The notes under the pieces: model-generated
Told to the model about the DNA's origin: nothing
The model's input: only the letters and a program-made list of their open reading frames with translations
Database searches by the model: none
Program-made: the position numbers and the translations under genes
Origin: Candidatus Poribacteria bacterium
GTDB lineage: Bacteria > Poribacteria > WGA-4E > PCPOR2b
NCBI GenBank assembly: GCA_965116925.1
Contig: OZ220744.1
Location: 6,016,001 to 6,080,000, forward strand
Length of the DNA: 64,000 nt
Reading direction: 5' to 3'
Shown: positions 1-9,177 of the stretch, piece by piece
Position numbering within the stretch: position 1 is the stretch's first letter
Layout of the letters: every line of letters starts with the position of its first letter

Positions 1-71
1 GAGTTTTTTCTTGAAAACTCGGTTTCTGTTTCAGAGTCATAAATACCGTTAAATATACGAGGAGCCTTACA

Positions 72-1100
72 ATGTATAAAGAAAATGGGCAAGAGATTTT
101 TGTTGTTGACGGGCATATGCACTTTTGGGACGCCAACCCGGAAAACTGGCGCAATGAGTATGGCGAAGGTTGGATCCGCTGTTTCTACGATTTTCATACC
201 GCCCTCAGCCCGGAAGAATATGTCTGGTCGTTTGAAAAGTATTGCAAATACGGTGAAGAGACGCTAGTTAACGATCTCTTTTCGGAGGGATACGTCGACG
301 TTGCCATTCTCAACTCAACGTATCTGTACGAGTTTTATAAAAACGGATTTAATACCCACCAACAGAACAACGAGATCAAAGCGAAATATCCCGATCGTTT
401 TATTCTCTGCGGTTCCTTCGATCCCAGAGCGGAGGAGGCCGGACTGGACGCGTTCCGGCAGATGGTAGAGGATTACCCGATTCAGGGACTCAAGCTCTAC
501 ACCGCCGAATGGCGAAACGGCTCGAAAGGCTGGCGACTGAACGATCCGTGGGCTTACAAGTATTTTGAGCTCGCCGAGGAACTTGGGGTTAAAAATATCC
601 ACGTTCACAAGGGACCGACGGTTTATCCTCTGAATCGTGACGCTTTTGATGTTGCTGATGTGGATTATGCCGCCACTGACTTTCCCAATCTCAACTTTAT
701 CATTGAACATATTGGACTGCCACGGTTAGACGATTTCTGCTGGATCGCCACGCAGGAAAAGAACGTCTATGCCGGCATGTCGGTGGCAATGGCGTTCATC
801 CACTCACGCCCGAAATATTTCGCCGAGATCGTTGCTAACCTGCTGTTTTGGTTAGGCGAGGATAAGATGATCTTTGGCAGCGACTATGCGATCTGGACGC
901 CCAAGTGGTTGATTGAGAAGTTTATGGCACTTGAGTTGCCGGACGATATCAAAGAGGAATATGGGGTTGATCTTACACCAGAAGCCAAGCGCAAGGTCTT
1001 GGGTGAAAATGTCGCCGGTCTGTATGGGATTGACCTCTCCGCCCATCGCGAGAAACTGAGCCAAGATGAGATTGGCCTCAAACTTGCCGAGGGCGCATAA
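72..1100 (+). CDS. Amidohydrolase_2 family metal-dependent hydrolase
   Basis: DGHMH metal motif at N-terminus, HKG, EHIG, FGSDY, KVLGEN; GAGGAG RBS upstream. Confidence 0.85.
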   Translation: MYKENGQEIFVVDGHMHFWDANPENWRNEYGEGWIRCFYDFHTALSPEEYVWSFEKYCKYGEETLVNDLFSEGYVDVAILNSTYLYEFYKNGFNTHQQNNEIKAKYPDRFILCGSFDPRAEEAGLDAFRQMVEDYPIQGLKLYTAEWRNGSKGWRLNDPWAYKYFELAEELGVKNIHVHKGPTVYPLNRDAFDVADVDYAATDFPNLNFIIEHIGLPRLDDFCWIATQEKNVYAGMSVAMAFIHSRPKYFAEIVANLLFWLGEDKMIFGSDYAIWTPKWLIEKFMALELPDDIKEEYGVDLTPEAKRKVLGENVAGLYGIDLSAHREKLSQDEIGLKLAEGA

Positions 1101-1160
1101 AACAACACTGGAACTTGGAACCGTGCTATACCAACCCGATCATTACTGTGAGGGCTGCTC

Positions 1161-2270
1161 ATGATCGCTGCACATACTGATGTCGTTGGCAGCTTGCTCC
1201 GCCCATCTGAACTTCTCAGAGCGAGAAGTGAGGTTGCGACAGGCAAAATGACGCAAGCGGCGTTCAAAGCGATCGAAGATCAAGCGGTTGACGAAGCGGT
1301 TGCACTTCAGGAGGCGGTGGGCTTGGAGGTTGTGACCGATGGCGAGATGCGGCGGTTATCCTTCCAGAGCCAAATGACAGAAGCGGTCAGTGGTTTTGGA
1401 GAATATGATCTCGATGCGTTCCTCTGGGGTGATTGGCATGGTGACGAAGGTACGGGGAGTTTGAGCCTAGAACGCCCCAAAAGCTTGGGCGTTGTCGGCA
1501 AACTCACCCGCAAACGGCACCTCTCAACAGAGGAATTTATCTACCTGCGAGCGCGGACGAATCGTATACCGAAGATCACGTTGCCGAGTCCAAGCCTGTG
1601 GACAAACTTCTGGTCGCCAGAATACTCCACCCCCGCCTATCCCACGCTCGACAGTTTTCTTGCGGAGGTCGTTGACATTATGCGGGACGAGGTCGCTGAG
1701 TTAGTCCGGCTAGGTGCAACCTACATTCAACTTGATGCTCCCCATTATCCGTTGTTGCTCGATCCCAAAACGAGAACCTTCTACGAGGGACAAGGTTGGC
1801 GGCTTGATCAGTGGTTAGACCGGGGTATTGAGATGGATAACGCTGTGATTGGTGATTTTCCGGAGGTGACGTTCGGCTTTCATCTCTGACGCGGCAATCA
1901 GGGCAGCCGGTGGTTGGTCGAAGGGGGATACGATCTGATTGCCAAACCGATTTTTCGTGGCATCCGTGCCCAGCGTCTACTACTCGAGTACGACGATGAA
2001 CGCTCCGGTTCGTTTGAACCGTTGCAGGCGATTCCCGATGACAAGGTCGCTGTTTTAGGGTTGGTCACGACGAAAACGCCGCGCCGAGAAACGCCGGAAG
2101 TACTCACTGCGCGTATCAAGGAAGCCAGCCAATTTGTGCCGCTAGAACGGCTTGCCTTGAGCCCGCAGTGTGGTTTTGCTACTTCGGTCCTTGGCAATCG
2201 CATTACGGCAGAAGATCAGAGACGTAAATTGTCGGTGGTTGTTGAGACTGCTAGAACGGTGTGGGACTAA
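1161..2270 (+). CDS. Cobalamin-independent methionine synthase (MetE catalytic-domain-only) family protein, probable selenoprotein (Sec243)
   Basis: ORFs 1161-1889 and 1914-2270 are in the same frame, separated only by TGA 1887-1889; joined protein reads VVGSLLRP, TDGEMRR, YIQLDAP, FHL-U-RGN, LEYD, SPQCGF; 369 aa. Confidence 0.85.
1890..1919 (+). promoter_or_regulatory. Candidate SECIS hairpin after MetE-like UGA
   Basis: 11-nt spacer (1890-1900), then GGGCAGCC-GGT-GGTTGGTC imperfect stem-loop with a G/U loop. Confidence 0.5.
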
Positions 2271-2298
2271 ACTGAAAAATTTTTGAAGGAGGAGCGAC

Positions 2299-2505
2299 AT
2301 GGCACAAACGCCTAAAAACCATCAAACCCGAACCGAATCTATTGGCAAATGGACGGTTCGGATTAGATCTTACCAGCTCGGTGATGCGTATATCTGCACT
2401 GTGGACAATGTAAGCCCCGGTGCTGTCATCGCCCGGTCTACGGCTGCAACCCGTGCTGATGCGGAATCCGAGGCGTTGGAACAGGCGAAAGCCGCGATGG
2501 CATAA
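2299..2505 (+). CDS. Small hypothetical protein (68 aa)
   Basis: Strong AAGGAGGAG RBS; 28 nt after the MetE-like stop; beta-strand then helix pattern. Confidence 0.7.
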   Translation: MAQTPKNHQTRTESIGKWTVRIRSYQLGDAYICTVDNVSPGAVIARSTAATRADAESEALEQAKAAMA

Positions 2506-2597
2506 TTGTGTTATACGAGATTAAAGAAACCGAGTTTTTTCTTGAAAACTCGGTTTCTGATGTATTTGTAGAAGATACGAAAGTTGGGAGCGATAGA

Positions 2598-3659
2598 ATG
2601 AACCTGAATAAATTATCACGAAAACATACCCTCACAAGTCTGGCAAAAACATGTGGGTGAGCGGCGAAAGTCAGTCCAGTTGGACTGGGAGAACTGCTCG
2701 CCAAATTGCCGAAGAAAAACGACCCCAATCTGCTCGTTGGATTTGAAACTAGCGACGACGCGGGCATCTACCGTCTCAACGATGAGATGGCTTTAGTTAC
2801 GACCGCTGATTTCATCACGCCGCCGGTGGATGACCCGTATCTGTTCGGTCAAATTGCTGCCGCCAATTCAATCAGCGATATTTATGCGATGGGCGGAAAA
2901 CCTGTGACCTGTCTGAATTTGGTGGGTTTTCCAGCGGATAAATTGGATCCAGAAATCCTGCACGGAATTGTCGAAGGTGCGCTGAGTAAAATCACTGAAT
3001 CTGGCGCAGTCTTGGCGGGTGGCCATACGACCGATGATGAGGAACCGAAATTTGGGCTGTCGGTCACTGGAATTGTGCATCCGGACAACTATTGGCGGAA
3101 CGTCGGTGCAGAGCCGGGAGATGTCCTGATCTTGACAAAACCGATCGGCAGTGGCGTGATTTTTAACGCCAACCTGAAAAATTGGGTGTCAGACCAAGCG
3201 TTAGACGAATGTATAGGGGCTATCACGACGCTCAATAAGGGGGCGGCGGCGGTTATGGCTGGGTTTGACATCCATGCGGTGACGGACATCACCGGATTCG
3301 GATTGGGAGGTCATGCCTTGGAAATGGCAGAAGGGTCGGACGTGACTTTGGAGATTCGCACCGACGACGTGCCGATTATGCGTGAAGCACTGGAGATGTA
3401 TCAGAAAGGGATGCGGACCGGTGTCAACGCCGCCAATCGAGCGTTGATTGAAGAGTCCACACGTTTTGAAAAATCACTTCCTGCATGGCATGAGGAGATC
3501 TTTGTTGATCCGCAGACCAGCGGTGGACTGTTGATGTCTGTGCCAGCTGCTCAAAGCGAGTCACTGTTGGCGGCTTTACACAATGGTGGTGTGACAGAGG
3601 CACAGATTATCGGAGTTGTGAAGTCTTTTGTCAAACCGAACTATCTTGTTTTTGTATAA
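2598..3659 (+). CDS. selD: Selenophosphate synthetase (SelD/SenC), selenoprotein with Sec21
   Basis: ATG 2598 reads MNLNKLSRKHTLTSLAKTCG-U-AAKVSP (TGA 2658-2660), in frame with ORF 2706-3659; DDAG, TADF, ANSISDIYAMGG, GGHT, TDITGFGL, DPQTSGGLL motifs. Confidence 0.95.
2661..2699 (+). promoter_or_regulatory. SECIS hairpin of selD
   Basis: 11-nt spacer after UGA, then perfect stem CAGTCC-AGTT-GGACTG (2672-2687); lower stem GAGCGG/CTGCTC. Confidence 0.75.
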
Positions 3660-3662
3660 ACC

Positions 3663-4613
3663 ATGAAAATTTGCTTAATTACCCCTGCCCCAACATACTC
3701 CCGAAAAGGTAATCGTGTGACTGCCCTTCGGTGGGCCCGCATCTTACGAGAACTGGGACACCGTGTCGTTATTGCAGAGGAGTATCAGGGAGAGCGATGC
3801 GACGTGCTGGTCGCACTCCATGCCCGGCGCAGCCACGCCTCCATTGTGCATTTCCGCCATAAACACCCAGAGCTGCCCCTTATTCTTGCCTTGACTGGAA
3901 CAGATCTCTACGGCGATATCCATACGGATGCATCAGCCCAAGAATCTCTGGAGATGGCGGATCGCTTCATTCTATTACAGCCCGCAGGCATCGAAGAACT
4001 TTCAGAACGTCTGCGCCACAAAGCGTGGGTAATCTACCAATCGATAACAGCACCGCCGGGGCAATTTGTTCCAAAGAAGAGCGTTTTCGAGTTGTGTGTG
4101 TTGGGGCATCTGCGTCCTGTGAAGGACCCATTTCGTACTGCGATGGCTTCCCGACAACTGCCTCCATCATCCCGAATTCAGGTGGTACATGTTGGGGGGG
4201 CACTCACCGACGACATGAGAGTACAGGCAGACGCTGAAGTCGCCGCCAATCCACGTTACCGCTGGTTGGGAGAACTCCCGCGCTGGCGGGCGCTCCGTGT
4301 TCTCGCACGCAGTCGGGTTCTTGTGCTGACCTCGCAGATGGAGGGAGGGGCAAATGCAGTTTGCGAAGCGATTGCGTGTTCTGTCCCCGTCATCTCATCG
4401 CGGATATCTGGCTCGATCGGTCTTTTAGGGAGGGATTATCCGGGATACTTTCCGGTGGGAGATACACAGGCGTTGACGGACCTACTCACGCGCCTTGAGA
4501 TGGACACCGCATTTTATGATACACTCAAAGCGTGGTGTGAAGGATTAAAGCCGATTGTTGATCCTGACCGTGAACGTCAGAGCTGGAAACGTCTGCTACA
4601 GGATTTGCAATAG
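3663..4613 (+). CDS. senB: Selenosugar synthase SenB-like glycosyltransferase (TIGR04348-type)
   Basis: GNRVTALRW, LHARRS, LTGTDLY, GHLRPVKDP, EGGANAV motifs; starts 3 nt after the selD stop. Confidence 0.85.
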   Translation: MKICLITPAPTYSRKGNRVTALRWARILRELGHRVVIAEEYQGERCDVLVALHARRSHASIVHFRHKHPELPLILALTGTDLYGDIHTDASAQESLEMADRFILLQPAGIEELSERLRHKAWVIYQSITAPPGQFVPKKSVFELCVLGHLRPVKDPFRTAMASRQLPPSSRIQVVHVGGALTDDMRVQADAEVAANPRYRWLGELPRWRALRVLARSRVLVLTSQMEGGANAVCEAIACSVPVISSRISGSIGLLGRDYPGYFPVGDTQALTDLLTRLEMDTAFYDTLKAWCEGLKPIVDPDRERQSWKRLLQDLQ

Positions 4614-4638
4614 CAGTAAAAAGAAGGTGGAGGCAGCT

Positions 4639-5610
4639 ATGAAAAGGGTTGGAGTTGTAGGTGCCGGCGCGTGGGGGACTGCGCTTGCGATCACGGCGGC
4701 GCGGGCAGGTAGTGAAGTCACCCTATGGGCACGAGAGCCGGAGGTTGTGGCGTCTATCAACGGACGGCAAGAAAATGAGATGTTCCTGCCCGGTATCAAG
4801 CTGCCCGACACTGTCCATGCGGTCAACGATTTGGAGGCGATGTTGGCACAGGACGCGCTATTGATGGTGGCACCCGCCCAATATGTGGGGAGCACCTGTG
4901 AGGGTCTGGCTTCAGCCGGTTTAGATGCTTCTCTCCCTATAGTTATCTGCAGCAAGGGGATAGAACAGGACAGCTTGAAGCTAATGAGCGAAGTTGTGGC
5001 GGAGCATTTTTCCAATCCGCTGGCGGTACTGAGCGGACCCACCTTTGCAATTGAAGTGGCAAAGGGGCTGCCTGCTTCGGTTACGCTTGCATGTGGTGAT
5101 TCCGAACTTGGACAAAAACTAGCGCAGTTGGTAGTGCACCCAAAATTCAGTGTCCATCATTCCGACGATGTGATTGGTCCCCAGATCTGTGGTGCTATGA
5201 AAAACGTCATTGCCATCGCTTGCGGTATTGTTGAAGGCAAAGGACTCGGAGAAAGTGCGAAAGCGGCGTTGATCACCGAAGGATTGGCGGAGATAAGCCA
5301 ACTATGCGTTGCGAAGGGCGGCAAAACTGAAACAGCGATGGGGCTATGCGGTCTTGGCGACCTGATTCTGACCTGTAACAGTCACACCTCACGCAATATG
5401 TCTTTAGGCTATGCTTTAGGACAAGGAGAGACGTTAGCGGAGATTTTGAGCGATCGAGTGAGCGTTGCCGAAGGGGTTGCGTCGTCCAACGCTGTGGCAG
5501 GGTTGGCAGCCCAGGTGGGCATTCGGCTGCGGATCTGTGGGATCGTTGACCGGATTGTACGAGGCGATGCAGAGGGCGATCAGATGCTCTCGGCACTTGT
5601 TCAGGAATAA
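4639..5610 (+). CDS. gpsA: NAD(P)H-dependent glycerol-3-phosphate dehydrogenase
   Basis: GAGAWGTA, CSKGIE, LSGPTFA, KNVIAI, GLGDLILTC, SRN; start placed at ATG 4639 after GGAGG. Confidence 0.92.
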   Translation: MKRVGVVGAGAWGTALAITAARAGSEVTLWAREPEVVASINGRQENEMFLPGIKLPDTVHAVNDLEAMLAQDALLMVAPAQYVGSTCEGLASAGLDASLPIVICSKGIEQDSLKLMSEVVAEHFSNPLAVLSGPTFAIEVAKGLPASVTLACGDSELGQKLAQLVVHPKFSVHHSDDVIGPQICGAMKNVIAIACGIVEGKGLGESAKAALITEGLAEISQLCVAKGGKTETAMGLCGLGDLILTCNSHTSRNMSLGYALGQGETLAEILSDRVSVAEGVASSNAVAGLAAQVGIRLRICGIVDRIVRGDAEGDQMLSALVQE

Positions 5611-5614
5611 AAAG

Positions 5615-5917
5615 ATGCAAATACCCCAACCATTGACCCTTGACGAAATTCCCGAAGATGAGCAAGAAGCACTCCTGACAAAGGTTGCCACGGAGATCGT
5701 GAGACGGCGCCTGACCGTGCCTGCGATTTTATTCCTTGAAACTTGTAAACCCATTAACTTTATCGGTAGTCAAATGCTTATTGCACTTAACCCTTTTGTG
5801 ACTTCAATTTTTAATACCGCTGAATACCAGAAATTTGCCCTGATAATCGAAAAGGATGCAAATGTTGAATTACTGACTCAACTCATTGAAAAATTAGACG
5901 GAGAGGAGAAAAAGTAG
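5615..5917 (+). CDS. Hypothetical helical protein (100 aa)
   Basis: ATG 4 nt after the gpsA stop; stop 1 nt before the next start, so tightly operonic. Confidence 0.7.
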   Translation: MQIPQPLTLDEIPEDEQEALLTKVATEIVRRRLTVPAILFLETCKPINFIGSQMLIALNPFVTSIFNTAEYQKFALIIEKDANVELLTQLIEKLDGEEKK

Positions 5918-5918
5918 T

Positions 5919-7727
5919 ATGTCGGACCAGGCACAGGGGATACGCTCGATCCTTGCGACAGATTGTGGCAGCACCACCACGAAAGCCATCTTAATAGAGA
6001 AACGGGGGGACGAATACCATCTTGTGGTTCGTGGGGAGGCGCCGACGACGGTTGAGGCACCGGTGGAGGATGTCACCGCTGGGGTCATCAACGCGGTAAC
6101 GGAGGTCGAGGAGCTCGCTGGACGCAAGCTATTGAAGGACGGGCAGATCATCAAGCCACAGCAGGGAGATAAAGGCACGGATCTGTATATCTCGACGAGT
6201 AGTGCGGGTGGCGGTTTGCAGATGATGGTCGCGGGTGTTGTGCGGAACCTGACCGCTGAGAGTGCGGAACGTGCCGCGTTAGGTGCGGGTGCGATTGTTA
6301 TGGATGTAATCGCATCCAACGACAAGCGACTCCCTCACGAGAAGATTGAACGTATCCGACACCTTCGTCCAGATATGGTGCTTCTTTCCGGCGGCATTGA
6401 TGGTGGGACAACCTCACACGTCGCGGAGTTGGCAGAAATTATTGAGGCAGCAAATCCCAAACCCCGTTTGGGAGTGACTTATGAATTGCCGGTAATCTAT
6501 GCAGGAAACAAAGATGCGAGCGAGGTTGTCGGTGAGCGGCTTGGCGATAAAATGGCGTTAGAGGTGGTTGATAACCTGCGTCCTGTGTTAGAGCGCGAAA
6601 ATCTGATGCCGACCCGTCTGAAGATTCAAGATCAGTTTCTAGAGCATGTCATGGCGCACGCCCCCGGCTACAGAAAATTAATCTCTTGGACCGATGCGCC
6701 GATTATGCCGACGCCCGGTGCTGTCGGCGCGATTATGCAAACAATCGCCGCACAACAGAATATTGAGGTGGTCGGTGTGGACATCGGTGGCGCAACGACG
6801 GATGTGTTCTCTGTCTTCAAAAATCAGGAGGGCGAGGCTATTTTTAACCGCACGGTGAGTGCCAACTTGGGGATGAGCTACAGTATCTCTAACGTCCTTG
6901 CGGAGGCGGGGATGGACAACGTTTTACGGTGGGTGCCCTTTGATATTGATGTTAGTGATCTTGGGAATCGAATCAAGAACAAAATGATACGACCTACGAC
7001 AATTCCACAGGCGTTGGAGGAACTGATTATTGAGGGCGCAATTGCGCGTGAAGCGTTGCGGTTGGCGTTCGATCAGCACAAGCAGCTTGCGGTTGAACTG
7101 CGAGGGGTGCAGCAGCAGCGCACTATCTCCGAAGCGTTCTCTCAATCCGAGACCGGTGCGACACTTGTGGATATGCTCTCGTTGGATCTGATTGTTGGAA
7201 GTGGAGGCGTGCTTTCCCACGCGCCACGCCGGAATCAGGCGATGTTGATGATGATCGACGCATTCCAGCCGGAGGGAGTGACTCACCTCGCTGTTGATAG
7301 CATTTTTATGATGCCTCAGCTTGGTGTGCTCGCTCAGGTCAACGAAGCAGCGGCGACGCAGGTCTTTGAGCGTGATTGTCTCATCCACTTGGGGACCTGC
7401 ATCGCGCCGGTTGGGATTACTAACCCCGGCGATGTAGGTGTCACAATCAGCGGCGATTTGACAGACACCGTACCGTTCGGCGAGTTACGTCTCTATCCGC
7501 TGGGTGTTGAGGAGAAAGCGCGGGTGACAATCCAACCGGAACGTCGTCTCGACATGGGGGCGGGGCGCGGTCAGCCGGTTGAAGCGGAGGTCGAAGGGGG
7601 TGTGGTCGGTTTGGTGGTGGACACACGCGGTCGTCCCCTCGAAGTTTCTAATGCGTCTACTGAGCGTGTTGCCTCCCTCAAGAAATGGTTTGAAGCATTA
7701 GATGTATATCCTGAAAGATTTGTGTGA
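5919..7727 (+). CDS. Glutamate mutase L (GlmL/MutL-like) ASKHA ATPase family protein
   Basis: TDCGSTTTK, SSAGGGL, GGIDGG, MPTPGAV, DIGGATTD, TVSANLGM motifs. Confidence 0.8.
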   Translation: MSDQAQGIRSILATDCGSTTTKAILIEKRGDEYHLVVRGEAPTTVEAPVEDVTAGVINAVTEVEELAGRKLLKDGQIIKPQQGDKGTDLYISTSSAGGGLQMMVAGVVRNLTAESAERAALGAGAIVMDVIASNDKRLPHEKIERIRHLRPDMVLLSGGIDGGTTSHVAELAEIIEAANPKPRLGVTYELPVIYAGNKDASEVVGERLGDKMALEVVDNLRPVLERENLMPTRLKIQDQFLEHVMAHAPGYRKLISWTDAPIMPTPGAVGAIMQTIAAQQNIEVVGVDIGGATTDVFSVFKNQEGEAIFNRTVSANLGMSYSISNVLAEAGMDNVLRWVPFDIDVSDLGNRIKNKMIRPTTIPQALEELIIEGAIAREALRLAFDQHKQLAVELRGVQQQRTISEAFSQSETGATLVDMLSLDLIVGSGGVLSHAPRRNQAMLMMIDAFQPEGVTHLAVDSIFMMPQLGVLAQVNEAAATQVFERDCLIHLGTCIAPVGITNPGDVGVTISGDLTDTVPFGELRLYPLGVEEKARVTIQPERRLDMGAGRGQPVEAEVEGGVVGLVVDTRGRPLEVSNASTERVASLKKWFEALDVYPERFV

Positions 7728-7801
7728 AAAGTTAAGTACAAAACGCTAAGAGAAACCGAGCTTTTGCCAAAAACTCGGTTTCTGTTGAGGAGTCTCTTAT
7801 A

Positions 7802-8689
7802 GTGGCACCGAGGCAGATTAATCTTTTCGATCGCGTCATGAAAATCTTGGGGCGGCATTACGCCGAGTCGTTTCTGAAACTCGCTTTTCCTGATACTGCT
7901 TTCCAACTGGTCGGGACACTGGAGAATGTGGAAATTACCCTGCCAGATCGACGCGCTGATTTTCTCCATAGACTTCAGATTGATGGTGAGGAGTATTTGC
8001 TCCACTTTGAATTTCAACTTCAACACCGAACAGATTATCCCCGCAATGTTTTTACTTTCTCTGGCGGACTGACGGACCAACATCAGAAACCAACAATCAC
8101 TATCGTTTTGTATCTGGAGCGGCGGGAGTCAGACCCACCTAGCGAATATGTCGTTCAAATCGGCGAATGGGTCATCCACCGGTTCACCTATCCGATCATA
8201 AAACTGTGGGATTATACAGACCGTATCCGTTCTGGAGAGTTAAGGGAGTTTGCGCCGTTGCTGATTATGTTGGAGCCAGAGAAGACGGAGGCGGTGCTGC
8301 ATCAAGAGAGGGAACTCATTTTACAGGAAAACCACCCACAGAAACGGGCGGATTCATTGGCAACTGCGGTGATGATTGCATCCCGCTATTTTGAACTTGA
8401 ATGGTTATGGGAATTTTTTGGAGAGGAGGTGGAACAGATGCGCGAATCTGGTTTTATCACCGACTGGATTGAGGATGGTATCCAGCAAGGACTGGAGCAA
8501 GCTCTTCAGCAAGAGAAACAGTTGTTCCTCATCCGATTACTTGTTGCCAAATTCGGGGAGCTCCCTCAGTCCGTAACGGATCAAATTCACAAGATGACTA
8601 CAAAGGAAGAACTAGATCAACTGGGGGTACGCCTCTTGACGGCAGAAAGTCTTGAAGAGATGGGGCTAAACGGCGGACAGTCTCGCTGA
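7802..8689 (+). CDS. Rpn family PD-(D/E)XK nuclease / putative transposase with C-terminal DUF4351-like domain
   Basis: FDRVMK, RRADFL, HFEFQ nuclease motifs; GIQQGLEQ linker; KFGELP...ELDQL C-terminal domain. Confidence 0.8.
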   Translation: MAPRQINLFDRVMKILGRHYAESFLKLAFPDTAFQLVGTLENVEITLPDRRADFLHRLQIDGEEYLLHFEFQLQHRTDYPRNVFTFSGGLTDQHQKPTITIVLYLERRESDPPSEYVVQIGEWVIHRFTYPIIKLWDYTDRIRSGELREFAPLLIMLEPEKTEAVLHQERELILQENHPQKRADSLATAVMIASRYFELEWLWEFFGEEVEQMRESGFITDWIEDGIQQGLEQALQQEKQLFLIRLLVAKFGELPQSVTDQIHKMTTKEELDQLGVRLLTAESLEEMGLNGGQSR

Positions 8690-8710
8690 TGGGGAAGGAA
8701 AACAGAGCAG

Positions 8711-9019
8711 GTGGAACAGATGCGTGAAGCTGATTTTATCGCCGATTGGGTTAAGGAAGACATCCCACAAAGATTTCAATTAGGATTTCAGTTAGGAGTC
8801 CAATTGGGATTCCTGTTGGGATTTGAACAAGGCTTCAAGCAAGGGAAGCGGGATCTTCTAATCCAGCAGCTTATGGCAAAGTTTGGGGAGCTCCCTCAAT
8901 CGGTAACGGATCAAATTCAGGGAATGACCACGAATGAAGAGCTGGATCAGCTAGGAATTCGTCTCTTGACAGCAGAAAGCCTTGAGGAAATAGGGTTGAA
9001 TGGCGGAGCGTCTCGTTGA
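8711..9019 (+). CDS. Stand-alone copy of the Rpn C-terminal (DUF4351-like) domain
   Basis: EQMRE.FI.DW and AKFGELPQSVTDQI..MTT.EELDQLG.RLLTAESLEE.GLNGG.SR nearly identical to the end of the upstream gene. Confidence 0.75.
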   Translation: MEQMREADFIADWVKEDIPQRFQLGFQLGVQLGFLLGFEQGFKQGKRDLLIQQLMAKFGELPQSVTDQIQGMTTNEELDQLGIRLLTAESLEEIGLNGGASR

Positions 9020-9177
9020 GAGGAGAGGGATGGATACACTAATCTGGTTTTATCCCTGATTGGATTGAAACTTTTGGAAGGTTTTGCATAAGGTCATAAT
9101 TCCCTTTTTGTGCCCTATCAACGTATGCCATGGATGCGGATTATAAGGCTATGAACAGACAATCAGAATAGGAGAAA

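Noticed and set aside
1161..2270. MetE-like gene as a nonsense pseudogene
   Set aside because: The only lesion is TGA at the conserved Cys, with a hairpin behind it and selD nearby; less likely than Sec, though not excluded
4555..4638. Long N-terminal extensions in the ORF track (gpsA 4555; also 5465, 22032, 48151, 48721, 54040)
   Set aside because: They overlap upstream genes, repeats or intergenic DNA; downstream ATGs fit RBS position or family N-termini better
7725..7803. Sec read-through at other TGA stops (glmL-like, HicB 12674, 53152)
   Set aside because: Extensions run into repeats or stop quickly, and the TGA is not in a Cys-motif context
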